Origin: a virus
DNA: 64,000 nucleotides
Virus record (IMG/VR): IMGVR_UViG_3300046779_001754
Coordinates: 36,172-100,171 of that record
Reading direction: 5' to 3' (one strand)
Position numbers and translations under genes: made by a program. This document shows, piece by piece, positions 1-10,148 of the stretch (positions within the stretch are counted from its first letter, which is position 1; the number at the start of each line of letters is the position of its first letter). The notes beneath the pieces are model-generated. The model searched no databases, had not been told where the DNA came from, and was given only the letters and a program-made list of their open reading frames with translations.

Positions 1-784
1 AGTCTTGATTGTGATCTACTGTGCGTCCCCACTCAATATCAAACTCTCCTGAATAATACTGTAAATGAGTAATGGCCTCACACACAGTGTCAGTTAATTT
101 GGGAGCACCTTCATCGCGCCATACTTCAAAATATGTTTTACCAATTTGGCACCAGTGCATGTACACAGTACCAAAGTGTCGCTGGTATCCGTTGAGTCGA
201 AACCCATTGCGATGCTGGTCAGTTAACTGATGTCTTGGTGCATTTAACCATGTGGTTATTTGACTGGGGCGCACCCATTCAGGATCACGTTGTAATTTGC
301 GTTGGCTTAAAATTAAACTTTCAAGTTCATGGCAAATGTTGTTGAGTTGCCTGATAGCAAATTTTGTTTGATCGTTGGCACTGCGATAGAACGTACTGAG
401 ATTGTTAACAGTTCCTTGTAATCTTTCAAAATGATTATGTAACAGATTTAGTGTTTCGTGATTGGGTCCAAGATCTATTGCAACAACTGTGTCTGGAGTA
501 TATGATTCAGAGATACAATAATGCCCACCAAAAAAGTCGTTGATACATTGAATATGTTTGTTTAATGTGTTACACAAGTAGTCAAGGTTTCTTGCTGAGT
601 GAGGGAAACCTAGGAAACAAAAATTTTTCTCCAACATTAGACCACGACGTAGTAAATTTTCTAGTGCTATAATCCAGTCTTGAGCAAGTTGATGATCAGC
701 GGGTTCAATGTAATAGCTTAACTGATCATCCTTGTCAAGAGGGTTACGCAAGGTAACTTTAACTAATGTTTTTCCACCACTCAT
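1..784 (-). CDS. Hypothetical protein, truncated at the window start (MSGGKTLVKVTLRNPLDKDDQLSYYIEP...)
   Basis: Read by hand. ATG at 784-782 overlaps the end of the upstream radical SAM gene. The N-terminal part is open and appears to run off the window edge. Not in the ORF track. Confidence 0.7.
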   Translation of the reverse strand, partial: MSGGKTLVKVTLRNPLDKDDQLSYYIEPADHQLAQDWIIALENLLRRGLMLEKNFCFLGFPHSARNLDYLCNTLNKHIQCINDFFGGHYCISESYTPDTVVAIDLGPNHETLNLLHNHFERLQGTVNNLSTFYRSANDQTKFAIRQLNNICHELESLILSQRKLQRDPEWVRPSQITTWLNAPRHQLTDQHRNGFRLNGYQRHFGTVYMHWCQIGKTYFEVWRDEGAPKLTDTVCEAITHLQYYSGEFDIEWGRTVDHNQD

Positions 785-2057
785 AAACTTTAGGCCTCTG
801 TGAAAGTATTCGGTCCATGTCTGTTGTACAGGGACGCATTGATTCTAATTGTAATATGCGATTTTTGCCCTTGACTACCCCGGCTGGGTATTGTTCGGGC
901 CATTGTTCTTCAAATGTTGGTCTTGACCGTAGTTGCAGCAGCACATCTTTTATAGATCCCACTGCTGTCTCTAACAATTCATCAATCCAAGGTTCCAACA
1001 ATCTACGAGGCAATATCAACGGACTCATAAAAATATCCGGACTAAAAGCAAATACAGTTTTGGCCAATATGTCAACTCCAAGGTTGTTGGCCATTTGTTG
1101 TATGGCATCTGTTTCAAACATGCCCGGTAATGTCAATGTAAAGTCAACACGCATCTGTCTTGGATGTTGTTGGTGTTCTACTCCTTGTGAGAAGTTACGG
1201 AGCCAGTTTTGGTAGTCAAGTCCTGTGCGGACATATTCGCCAATCTCTCCGGTGCCATCAATGCTAGCGCAAATTTGCCAATCGCGTAGATGATCAAGAA
1301 TATCGGTGTACAAATTAATACCCCGGTAATTAATCCTACTAAGATTTGTGTTGTATCGAGCATAAACATGTTTTCCATCTCCTAATTCAATAATTCGTTG
1401 CATATAGCGCCAATGCTGTTCAAACATCAAGGGTTCGCCACCAACCCAATATACTTCTTCAATGCGATGCTCTTCGACTGCTTGGCTAAATTCTTGTTCT
1501 ATTTGTGTGTCTTGAAACTGAGTTATTTCCCTGCGCACATCAGGAATCATCCAATTGTTATTGGGATTACTGTAGTCAACCATGTTGTATTGCCGTTGTT
1601 CTGCTTCCCAACTACTACTCAACATATCGCCACACATACGACATTTAAAATTACAAAGATTACTGAACCTATAGTCCCAAGAAATTGGCTTCATTGTGGT
1701 GTAACCAGTTTCGTCTGTGCTGGACCATATGTCGTTGTATTTGTGTTTAAACAGATGCCAAAAATAATCTCTATAGACGTCGGTGTTGAGTAATTTATTG
1801 TTACAGACATCGCATTCGGGCATAGTGTTTCCGGCCATCATACGACGACGGACGTCTCGCATGTGTTCACTATTCCAGTGTTCTTCAAGTGTCAATGGTT
1901 GATACTGATTTGATCCTGACTTGGTATCTATGTATTGTTGAAAATTTTGTGCGGGTTCTCGGCTAGCACAACACATACGACGTTCAGTTATTGGAGAAAG
2001 ATATGTATGTACCCAAGGTGCCATACACAATGATTCGGGCTTGTCAGGCGGCGTCAT
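759..2057 (-). CDS. Radical SAM protein with N-terminal twitch/SPASM-like Cys region
   Basis: CNFKCRMC (CxxxCxxC) and VGGEP motifs; N-terminal CMAPW...MCC...CDVC. Confidence 0.9.
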   Translation of the reverse strand: MTPPDKPESLCMAPWVHTYLSPITERRMCCASREPAQNFQQYIDTKSGSNQYQPLTLEEHWNSEHMRDVRRRMMAGNTMPECDVCNNKLLNTDVYRDYFWHLFKHKYNDIWSSTDETGYTTMKPISWDYRFSNLCNFKCRMCGDMLSSSWEAEQRQYNMVDYSNPNNNWMIPDVRREITQFQDTQIEQEFSQAVEEHRIEEVYWVGGEPLMFEQHWRYMQRIIELGDGKHVYARYNTNLSRINYRGINLYTDILDHLRDWQICASIDGTGEIGEYVRTGLDYQNWLRNFSQGVEHQQHPRQMRVDFTLTLPGMFETDAIQQMANNLGVDILAKTVFAFSPDIFMSPLILPRRLLEPWIDELLETAVGSIKDVLLQLRSRPTFEEQWPEQYPAGVVKGKNRILQLESMRPCTTDMDRILSQRPKVYEWWKNIS

Positions 2058-3285
2058 CGTAATATGGTCCTTGGTAATGTATAAATTTTGCCAACAATGG
2101 TGCTACATCTACAAGACTTTGCTTCCGAAGTTTATCTAAGCAATCTATTTCATAAGTCAACGTTCCGCCACGACCGCAACCCATCCACCCTTCTCGCGAA
2201 TACATAAAGTCTATTATTTTTTGCAGATCATCAACAAACTGATCTGGTATTAACTTGTTTCGCAAATACATAGCTATGCGATCTTTTACTACATCAACAA
2301 CATTAGCAATACACCATACCGGTGAATCGTGTAAGTAGTTCCAATAAACAAAATCCCAAGGAAACAAACTGGCCCAGGCAGCAATTTCATCAAAGTACGC
2401 TACATTCCATATGCTTATGGTACAGCACAACTGTAGTTGAATATTCTTTGACTGGCGGCGTAGTGTTCTAAACTTATAAAGATTAGACAACACTTCATCC
2501 CACTTTGCATTGCTGCGTTGGTATTCAAAGCGAGCACCAATATCGTCAATGCTAAAGGCAATTTCAACTGTTTTAAAATGTGGCCAAAGTTCTATACCTC
2601 GCTCGGGATATTGTGTGCCATTGGTGTTGTAATGTATCTCAATGTTGCCAGCAACTCCGCGACCTACAAGTGTTTGCAGGAAATCAAAATGCTCGGCAAT
2701 CATAAATGGTTCGCCGCCAGTAAACTCAAGGTAACGTATTTGATCAGCAATGTCACTGAGTTGCTGCCAGAAGTCTGGCGATTCCCTAGGCCAACGACCT
2801 TCTCGTAACATCTGATAAGCATAGGTTTGCTTTTTGTCCAGCGACATAACAGTGCCAATCTCTTCCGAGGCATAGGTACTTGAACTCCAAGGCCCGCAGA
2901 TACGACATTTTAAATTACAGATATTTCCTAATTTGAGATCTAAAAAGATCAGATCCTTGGCATCTTCGGTCCATTCAGTGTCGCCAATTATATGCTCGAG
3001 TCGATTAAGGGTGTGTTGTCGCTTGGAGGTTCCGCCCGAGTCTTCGACCGCCCAGCAACGTTCACATGTTGATGGAAGTTGATTCGCAAGGAATTCCTGT
3101 CGGAGTTTTTGCATGTGACTGCTATTTCGTATTTGATCAAAGGTCGAGGTTTTAAGGTGGAATTTGTTGTTGTTGTCATCTACAATCTCATCTTTGGCTA
3201 GACAGCACGGGCGCACTGTTCCGATAGGTGATGTTTCTAAACTTACCCAAGGTAATATGCAAAATTTATCGTGTGGAATTTTCAT
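2044..3285 (-). CDS. Radical SAM protein with N-terminal twitch/SPASM-like Cys region
   Basis: CNLKCRIC, TGGEP, YNTNGT; N-terminal CILPW...PCC...CERC. Confidence 0.92.
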   Translation of the reverse strand: MKIPHDKFCILPWVSLETSPIGTVRPCCLAKDEIVDDNNNKFHLKTSTFDQIRNSSHMQKLRQEFLANQLPSTCERCWAVEDSGGTSKRQHTLNRLEHIIGDTEWTEDAKDLIFLDLKLGNICNLKCRICGPWSSSTYASEEIGTVMSLDKKQTYAYQMLREGRWPRESPDFWQQLSDIADQIRYLEFTGGEPFMIAEHFDFLQTLVGRGVAGNIEIHYNTNGTQYPERGIELWPHFKTVEIAFSIDDIGARFEYQRSNAKWDEVLSNLYKFRTLRRQSKNIQLQLCCTISIWNVAYFDEIAAWASLFPWDFVYWNYLHDSPVWCIANVVDVVKDRIAMYLRNKLIPDQFVDDLQKIIDFMYSREGWMGCGRGGTLTYEIDCLDKLRKQSLVDVAPLLAKFIHYQGPYYDDAA

Positions 3286-4567
3286 TTAACTCTGCTAACT
3301 CGGGTATCGTATCTAGTATATTTTCATTGCGCATTTGATCTAGTTGATGTGTGCGTTCCCAAAATTTAGTTTGTAAATGTGAGTTATCCTGTGCCATCAT
3401 AAAGTTTATGGCGCTTTCAAAACCTTTGGTTGCACGTTGCAATGAATCGTGTGGTCTAAGCCACTCTAAATGTTCTTCAAATCTTGCTTTTAGTTGTTCT
3501 TTGTAGGCAGCACCGGCTATGTCAATTCTATAAAATTCTGGATCTTGTAATATATTGACATTTAGATCTTGATGACGTATAAATCCACGCTCAACCCAGT
3601 TACGATGAAAGTCAGGTAAGTGCCATGCATTCATAATACTCAACGTTGGTGAGATATAAAAATCAACTTGCGGACAGATACGAAGCATGTCTACTCTATT
3701 CTGCTCAATTTGATCCCAGTTGGATCCTTTGCGTATGTATTCTGCATAACCTTCGGCACCATCAAGACTTGCACCTACACTGACGCTGTCAAACAATTTC
3801 CAATATTCAAAAACACTGCGATCTTTTAATTGAGTATGCGTAAAGTTTGTGTTGTAAACTAATCTAACGTGAAATAGACTGCGATTCACAAGTTCCTCAA
3901 GGATGCGATAGTGCTCATGCATCAAGAGTGGTTCGCCACCAGCAAAATAAATTTGTTCAACATAATCTAAGTGCGGTAACAGTTGGTTGATCATATCATC
4001 TTCGTCACGTCCAGCAATGTTTAGCACTTGATGATTTTTAGCCCATTCTGCTCCAGCAAGTTTGACCTGATCTTGATACCATTGACTTGAAAATATGTGT
4101 CCACAACTACGACATTTTAAATTGCAAAGATTACTGAAACGTATATCCCAATAGGACATTTCAAATGTGTCAAGATGGCCGTCTTCGGATGTAGCATCAA
4201 TTTTATGTATGTGATGACCATGATGTTTGTTAGCACTATTTCTTCCGCTGCGAAACCCAGCAGCTTCTTGTTCGTAACAGCGGCCACAAGCTCCGTTGGG
4301 ACGATCGTTCAACATATTTTGTCGCAGCTTTCGCATGGGTTGATCGTTCCAGATTTCTTCTAGAGTATTGTTTTTTGCTGAACCCACTGGCGCCCACATT
4401 TCTGCCATACAACATGGAAACACTTCGCCAGTGGGATATGAGTGCAAGTGAATCCAAGGATAAATGCAAAAAGTTTTTGACTCAGTTAACATGTATACCT
4501 TGCGTTTGTCTAACGAATCAAGAGAAATGTTTACTGGATCGGTACTGTTATAATCAAATTTTTTCAT
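3266..4567 (-). CDS. Radical SAM protein with N-terminal twitch/SPASM-like Cys region
   Basis: CNLKCRSC, AGGEP; N-terminal CIYPW..GEVFPCC...CGRC. Confidence 0.92.
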   Translation of the reverse strand: MKKFDYNSTDPVNISLDSLDKRKVYMLTESKTFCIYPWIHLHSYPTGEVFPCCMAEMWAPVGSAKNNTLEEIWNDQPMRKLRQNMLNDRPNGACGRCYEQEAAGFRSGRNSANKHHGHHIHKIDATSEDGHLDTFEMSYWDIRFSNLCNLKCRSCGHIFSSQWYQDQVKLAGAEWAKNHQVLNIAGRDEDDMINQLLPHLDYVEQIYFAGGEPLLMHEHYRILEELVNRSLFHVRLVYNTNFTHTQLKDRSVFEYWKLFDSVSVGASLDGAEGYAEYIRKGSNWDQIEQNRVDMLRICPQVDFYISPTLSIMNAWHLPDFHRNWVERGFIRHQDLNVNILQDPEFYRIDIAGAAYKEQLKARFEEHLEWLRPHDSLQRATKGFESAINFMMAQDNSHLQTKFWERTHQLDQMRNENILDTIPELAELNENSTR

Positions 4568-5888
4568 ACCAATCTTTCAAAGTATCAAATGTCTGTACAA
4601 AGGTTTTACTACGACGCTGATCATATTGTGTATAAAACTTTTTAAAATCTTGTTGTAGTATTGCTTGCTCAGCTGCACCGGCATGTGGAGTTTTAACAAC
4701 ATCAAGATAATCCACTAATCTTTGTAAGTGATTCCACTCGTGTTCGTGAAGGTAGCTGTGACCTTTATGACGTACCATGAATTGTGAAATCTGGTCTCGG
4801 TACTGTGTGCGAAGCTCGCCTGGCAATACCAATGGACTTTGAAAGCTAGGGAATCGTAAAATATTTAACGTAAAACTCACTGCATCATGACCAAATTCTA
4901 ATTTCCAGTTCACCACACATTCTAAAAAATCAACCAAACTTTCCAAACACAGAGCATTGATGGTTGACATAATATGTAACCCACGCAGTCGGTCGCTGTG
5001 ATTGTTTAGTATAAGTTCTACACTATTAGCCCAATCGTCCCACACCAATCCGTCTCTAATATACTCTGCATGAGCTCCGATAGATTCGTTACTAGTGTAT
5101 AGGTCAATGGGTGTGTCCACACTATCAAATAAGCGATTGATATCAACGTCGTTTCCTAGGTTTGAGTTAATTGCTAGTCTTGTTTTGCTCCGGCCTTGGT
5201 TTGCTCGGAACCAGTCAAGGAGTTGCCAGGTGTACCCAGACATGAGTGGCTCACCTCCGGTAATTCGGAGTTCGTCAAGTGTTCTGTGTAAGTCTGATTC
5301 CCACCAGGCAAAGAAGGCTTCGACATAAGGATTAATCTCACCGAATTTATAAAGTTGAGAATGATCATGAGTGTGAGTAAAATGGTTCCTACCATCGCTT
5401 TCCAGTCCCACATATGGGCCGTTGTTTCGTATATCCCGAACCCAAGTGCTACTAAAGGCAGGATTGCAATAACTACAAGCAAATTGGCAAGTACGATCAA
5501 AGCTAATTTCCAAGGTTTTGAGATTGACGTCTTGGTCCGCGGGTGTGTTGAATGCACGATCTAAGTCCTCCAAAGGATAAATTTTACTTTTGTACACACG
5601 ATCACTTATGGCATTGCGATTCATGTCTTCTATTTTCCAACAATATTCACAACCTGCTGGACGTTCGCCACGTTGCATTTGTTCGCGGTCTTGCTTTTTT
5701 TGTGTGGTGTTGTGCAGTAACCCAGGGTTAGCACGGAGATTATCGGCCTCCACTAAATGAGCCGGTGGATGATGGCATGATGTGGTCATGCCTGAACCCA
5801 GCCAAATGGTCGCATTATACCACTTTGCTGCACAAAAACTTTTACTTTTAGTATCAAGTATCTGCTGTCGGAACTCTAAGTCGTTCAT
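4554..5888 (-). CDS. Radical SAM protein (AKW/SCHHPP subtype)
   Basis: CQFACSYC, TGGEP; N-terminal CAAKW..SCHHPP..CEYC. Confidence 0.9.
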   Translation of the reverse strand: MNDLEFRQQILDTKSKSFCAAKWYNATIWLGSGMTTSCHHPPAHLVEADNLRANPGLLHNTTQKKQDREQMQRGERPAGCEYCWKIEDMNRNAISDRVYKSKIYPLEDLDRAFNTPADQDVNLKTLEISFDRTCQFACSYCNPAFSSTWVRDIRNNGPYVGLESDGRNHFTHTHDHSQLYKFGEINPYVEAFFAWWESDLHRTLDELRITGGEPLMSGYTWQLLDWFRANQGRSKTRLAINSNLGNDVDINRLFDSVDTPIDLYTSNESIGAHAEYIRDGLVWDDWANSVELILNNHSDRLRGLHIMSTINALCLESLVDFLECVVNWKLEFGHDAVSFTLNILRFPSFQSPLVLPGELRTQYRDQISQFMVRHKGHSYLHEHEWNHLQRLVDYLDVVKTPHAGAAEQAILQQDFKKFYTQYDQRRSKTFVQTFDTLKDWYEKI

Positions 5889-6591
5889 ATATTTTAATTA
5901 ATTGTTTGGCTATGTGTTGATGCCCTTGCACATTGGGATGACAATACCCGGGTTTTACATATTGATCTAAATAATAACTTTGCTCATTCCATTGCGAATT
6001 CGTTATTACTGGTCTATCACTGTCTACAACAGTACCCGATTGATTGTCAATTAGGGGCATAATTAATTGCGAAATACATTGATCCCTGGGCAGTAACCAA
6101 GATTCTTTGGGAACTAGATCAATCATTGTGAGGGGTTCGGTAGTGAATAAATTCACAAACCAACATTTTACACCCAAACTCTGACACCAAAGCCATAGTA
6201 AGTTTACAGCACAATCATAATTGTACAGCCTTTGTGTTGGTGTGTCAAAATATTTGTACCATAAATTGGATTCTGCGTGTACATGAGCATTGTAGTTTGG
6301 TCCAGGAATAATTTGTTCTGGAATACCTTGCTCGTTAAAAATTGCTGTTCGGTGGCTTGCACTTAGGCAAAAGAATACCTGGTCATTGGCATCTAGCTGG
6401 TTGACAATTTTTGCAAATTTCCATGGGATGATATCTGGGCTAGATCCAGATTCACCTAAATTAACACAGTCAGCAGAGTAATGATCGCTAAACAATTTTG
6501 CAAAAACATATTGCTTTCTTTCTGCATACGCAACTGTGAGCTCTAGCTCGTCGCCAACTAACCAGCTATCACCAAACCAATAAAATTTCAT
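5854..6591 (-). CDS. SGNH/GDSL hydrolase-like protein
   Basis: FGDSW near the N-terminus, NLGESGSS block, C-terminal HPNVQGH. Confidence 0.75.
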   Translation of the reverse strand: MKFYWFGDSWLVGDELELTVAYAERKQYVFAKLFSDHYSADCVNLGESGSSPDIIPWKFAKIVNQLDANDQVFFCLSASHRTAIFNEQGIPEQIIPGPNYNAHVHAESNLWYKYFDTPTQRLYNYDCAVNLLWLWCQSLGVKCWFVNLFTTEPLTMIDLVPKESWLLPRDQCISQLIMPLIDNQSGTVVDSDRPVITNSQWNEQSYYLDQYVKPGYCHPNVQGHQHIAKQLIKIYERLRVPTADT

Positions 6592-7745
6592 AGACCAATT
6601 CCGTGATAACGCATGAACTGCAAAAACTTTTCAGGAAATTCGCGACGTACAGTTTCGCGCATATTCCACAAGTGTTTTTGATTATAATCGCATATTGGCC
6701 TTGCTGCTGCTAAAAAATCAATTAAGTTTCTTTCGCTGCTGCACAAATCTTCAACAATATGTTGAATCCTAGTCAAACGATCTAGATCGTTATCTATGGT
6801 ATCAAACGATTCATCAATGATGTTTTCAAAAGTTCTGAATCCTAACTTTCTAATGTCTCGATAATAACCAGCATTTGAAACCGCTATCCAAGGATGTCCA
6901 ATTGCAATAGGTTTCCAAATTTTTTCTGTTCTAAAACTGTAAGGATAGTTAAAGATAGTTTCTGTCACAAGACTGAAATAGGTATCAATGTATGGTGTAT
7001 GATGCACATAAACTTCGCCCCAGTCAAACCCATTGCCATTGTTAAATAAATCTGCCTTGGCAAAGTTGTTAGTTGGTTCAACTGCTAAATTTGGTCTATA
7101 GCGAGGCACTTCGTAACCAGCATCAAGATATTTTATTTCAAGAGGTTCCAACATTAGATCAATGCCATTGTACATCAACTTCATGTTTTTATGTGATCTC
7201 CCCGAACTATCAAGATTAGACCATATTGCTTGATCCAGTAATCCACTTAGTTGAAAACTTTGCAACAAGAACTTTCTATGCGGACGAAACCTGCCGTTGA
7301 GAAATAAAAATTTAAAAGGTTTGTATATCTTGGTAAAAATATCATCTGTGTAATGATGTAATATTCGGTTTTCAGGTATATCAAAAATTTTGGGTAGAAA
7401 ACTTTCGTAGGGCAAATGATGAAAGCGTGGTTCAATATCTCCGCCGCCAATCAACAACATTCGTCCTTGAGCAACATATTCATCTAATTTCAATGTAGTG
7501 ATTTGCCACTTCAAAGTTTCAGATCCTTCGGTGGGATTACTCAACACTATAAGTGCCTGACCGCTTTCAATGACCTCTATCACTTTTACAATGTTGTGAT
7601 TAACTTGCGCTCGCCCCAACACATACACAGCATTGTTGACAATTTCTTCATCGGCAAATTGATGAATCACATAATCTGTATAGGGCGTAAGCAAATCAGT
7701 TACTTCAGAGAACCCGTCAACAATTAGTTTTTTATGACCTATCAT
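6588..7745 (-). CDS. Glycosyltransferase-like protein (GT-B, GT10-like C-terminus)
   Basis: FSLVTET...FRTEKIWKPIAIGHPWI...GFRTF, resembling the TEK motif of GT10 fucosyltransferase-like proteins. Confidence 0.55.
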   Translation of the reverse strand: MIGHKKLIVDGFSEVTDLLTPYTDYVIHQFADEEIVNNAVYVLGRAQVNHNIVKVIEVIESGQALIVLSNPTEGSETLKWQITTLKLDEYVAQGRMLLIGGGDIEPRFHHLPYESFLPKIFDIPENRILHHYTDDIFTKIYKPFKFLFLNGRFRPHRKFLLQSFQLSGLLDQAIWSNLDSSGRSHKNMKLMYNGIDLMLEPLEIKYLDAGYEVPRYRPNLAVEPTNNFAKADLFNNGNGFDWGEVYVHHTPYIDTYFSLVTETIFNYPYSFRTEKIWKPIAIGHPWIAVSNAGYYRDIRKLGFRTFENIIDESFDTIDNDLDRLTRIQHIVEDLCSSERNLIDFLAAARPICDYNQKHLWNMRETVRREFPEKFLQFMRYHGIGL

Positions 7746-8782
7746 ACAAATAAATTATCTTTTTTGGTGTGTTGCTCTTGAGCATACTCATAAAATCTAT
7801 TGTGATTGTGTTCAAGTGCAGGCATCATTTCATAGTACAAATTCATGATGTCATTGCTAGTCAATGTAGTAAGATATTTGATTGCAGCAATCAATGTATC
7901 GTGTACTTGGTTTTCATTTATATCTTCAAATTTAATACCAGGAAAATAGTGATTAAAAGTTCGGAACCCGTTGTCTCGCAACCAAGCATAGGTTCGAGTA
8001 TTACCGTTTATCAAGAATGGACGTTTACCAATTATGGGTTTCCACTGTGTTTCACTAACAAAAATGTCATCCCAGGGCCAAAACTCTGTGGCACCTATGA
8101 TATGTAAAAAGTGATTTTGCCAAACTTCTAAGTTATGTAAACTCAAAACGTCATGAGGTATACCAAACTCATCATCACTATACCAATGACCAGTGGATCT
8201 ATAATCGTCAATTCGTTCGCCAATGCTAAAATATAAGTTGTTACTGGGATCCTGGTCGTAAATTACGTTAGGTTTACCAAGTGTAATTATGCCTACTTGA
8301 TCTAATTTGTTTTCTACTAGTTTACGTACAAACTCTACTCTATGTTGCCTAGGTTTACGATTGTAGTTACAATATAACCAACGCACAGACTTCAATGTGA
8401 TATCTTCAACTGTGTAGGATTTAAAACTTGTTGCTAGTATTGGAGCAAAAAAATTATAGTGATACTTGGTATCAAAGTTGCCTATTTTAAACAAACAGGG
8501 ATTACCTAGATGTCTGACAATTTCACTGATTTGTTGAGGATTGATCATTGGTGGATCAACAGTGGCCAACAAAAACAAATTGTCAAAGGTTTTGTTAAGT
8601 TTTTGATAATCTACCCAAGAGTGATTTGGGAATTGTGGGCCAAACCAAGTAAGGTTAATGATTAGATTTTGTTTATCAGCAAAGTGTAGGTTAACTTGAT
8701 TCTTGAGTGATTCAATGCACTGCATTTCGTGCATGCCCCAGAGACAGTCCTGGCTGAAGTGTGTTCCAATATAATCAAGCAT
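7742..8782 (-). CDS. Glycosyltransferase-like protein, paralog of 6588-7745
   Basis: YNRKPRQHR, FVSETQWKPIIGKRPFL, GFRTF. Confidence 0.5.
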   Translation of the reverse strand: MLDYIGTHFSQDCLWGMHEMQCIESLKNQVNLHFADKQNLIINLTWFGPQFPNHSWVDYQKLNKTFDNLFLLATVDPPMINPQQISEIVRHLGNPCLFKIGNFDTKYHYNFFAPILATSFKSYTVEDITLKSVRWLYCNYNRKPRQHRVEFVRKLVENKLDQVGIITLGKPNVIYDQDPSNNLYFSIGERIDDYRSTGHWYSDDEFGIPHDVLSLHNLEVWQNHFLHIIGATEFWPWDDIFVSETQWKPIIGKRPFLINGNTRTYAWLRDNGFRTFNHYFPGIKFEDINENQVHDTLIAAIKYLTTLTSNDIMNLYYEMMPALEHNHNRFYEYAQEQHTKKDNLFV

Positions 8783-10148
8783 AACTTAACGCTCTGCATT
8801 CATTCCAGAATGTTGCCATCCCAGGAAACACTTCAAGAAAATAGTCTCGGTTCAGACCAACTGATCTACGATCATATTCATTGAAGAATCTATAAAAGTC
8901 TGCACGATCACGTTTTATTTGTTCGGGGTCTTGTGGTTCCTGCATCCAATCAAGTGCTCGCTGCATACGTTGTACTTCATAATCTTTAAATCCCACAAAA
9001 CTGTTGTCAGGCATTAGATTTTGTTGCATGAAGTCTATGTGTTGCTGCATGCGTCGTTGATAACTTTCAGGAAGTATCTGTAGGCTTTGCCAACGTGGTT
9101 GTCGCAGAACCGGAGTGTCAAACCATATGCGTTGATAGGTGTGACTGTATCTTGAGCGAAGTTCTAATATGTAATCCAACAATTGATCTAGGCCTACCAC
9201 ACTGAGATTGTTGAGTGTAATGATAAAAGTAAGACTGTTTTTTGCCGGCACTTCTTCAAGGTACTGATTGATGTTGACTAGAAACTGTGTGGGATTTAGG
9301 CCTCTGCGAATGTACGCAGCCTGTTGCCAGTCTCCGGTATCAACACTGACGTATTGCATAAAATGTTCAATCTGTGTGCTGCACAGACGCTTGACGTAAT
9401 CGAGGTACTTTGTGAATACCTCCCCGGGCACACTGAAGTTCGAAGTTACGTTTAGATGCAAATCTGGTTTAGGCACAGCCAATACGTAGTCAAAAACTCT
9501 GTAAGTGTTTCGATCTAGCAGTGGCTCGCCACCAGTCATGCGGAAGTGTTGTAGCCGTGGGTATAATGTTGGCCACCATGCCCAGAAGGCATCAAGATAT
9601 GGATTATCTTCTCTATTAGCAAGAGCTCGTCGACGACCGGTAAAATGGGAAGGATCATTATGAACAGTGGAAGTGGGATATCCTCCGTAGCGTCTAACTT
9701 CATCATCCCAGCTACTGCTAAACTGAGGACTACAATAGGAGCACTTAAGATTGCAAACATTACTGAAATTGACTTCAACATAGGTTGGTATGACATCTTC
9801 ATCTCCGGTTAGATTTCTAGGATCCATTGCGGCCCAGGGTTCGCCTGAACGATAGTGGCGATCACTTAACTGTCCTAGATCTTCCATGTTCCAGCAATAT
9901 TGACATTCTGCAGGACGCTCGTTGCGCAGCATAATTTTGCGCTGTGATTTTTTATGCGGTGTGTTATGTAACACACTGGGATTGTCGGCTAGTAGGGCAA
10001 CATCTATTTCATGTAGCGGAGGATGATAACAACTATTGGTCATACCCGTGGTTAGATGCAGACTAACTTGTTTCCATTTAGCATAACACATTGCAGGACC
10101 AAGTTCCTGTTGTTTTTGCTGTGCTGCACTCATAAATTCACTGCTCAT
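8775..10148 (-). CDS. Radical SAM protein (AKW/SCYHPP subtype), paralog of 4554-5888
   Basis: CNLKCSYC, TGGEP; CYAKW..SCYHPP..CQYC. Confidence 0.9.
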   Translation of the reverse strand: MSSEFMSAAQQKQQELGPAMCYAKWKQVSLHLTTGMTNSCYHPPLHEIDVALLADNPSVLHNTPHKKSQRKIMLRNERPAECQYCWNMEDLGQLSDRHYRSGEPWAAMDPRNLTGDEDVIPTYVEVNFSNVCNLKCSYCSPQFSSSWDDEVRRYGGYPTSTVHNDPSHFTGRRRALANREDNPYLDAFWAWWPTLYPRLQHFRMTGGEPLLDRNTYRVFDYVLAVPKPDLHLNVTSNFSVPGEVFTKYLDYVKRLCSTQIEHFMQYVSVDTGDWQQAAYIRRGLNPTQFLVNINQYLEEVPAKNSLTFIITLNNLSVVGLDQLLDYILELRSRYSHTYQRIWFDTPVLRQPRWQSLQILPESYQRRMQQHIDFMQQNLMPDNSFVGFKDYEVQRMQRALDWMQEPQDPEQIKRDRADFYRFFNEYDRRSVGLNRDYFLEVFPGMATFWNECRALSYA

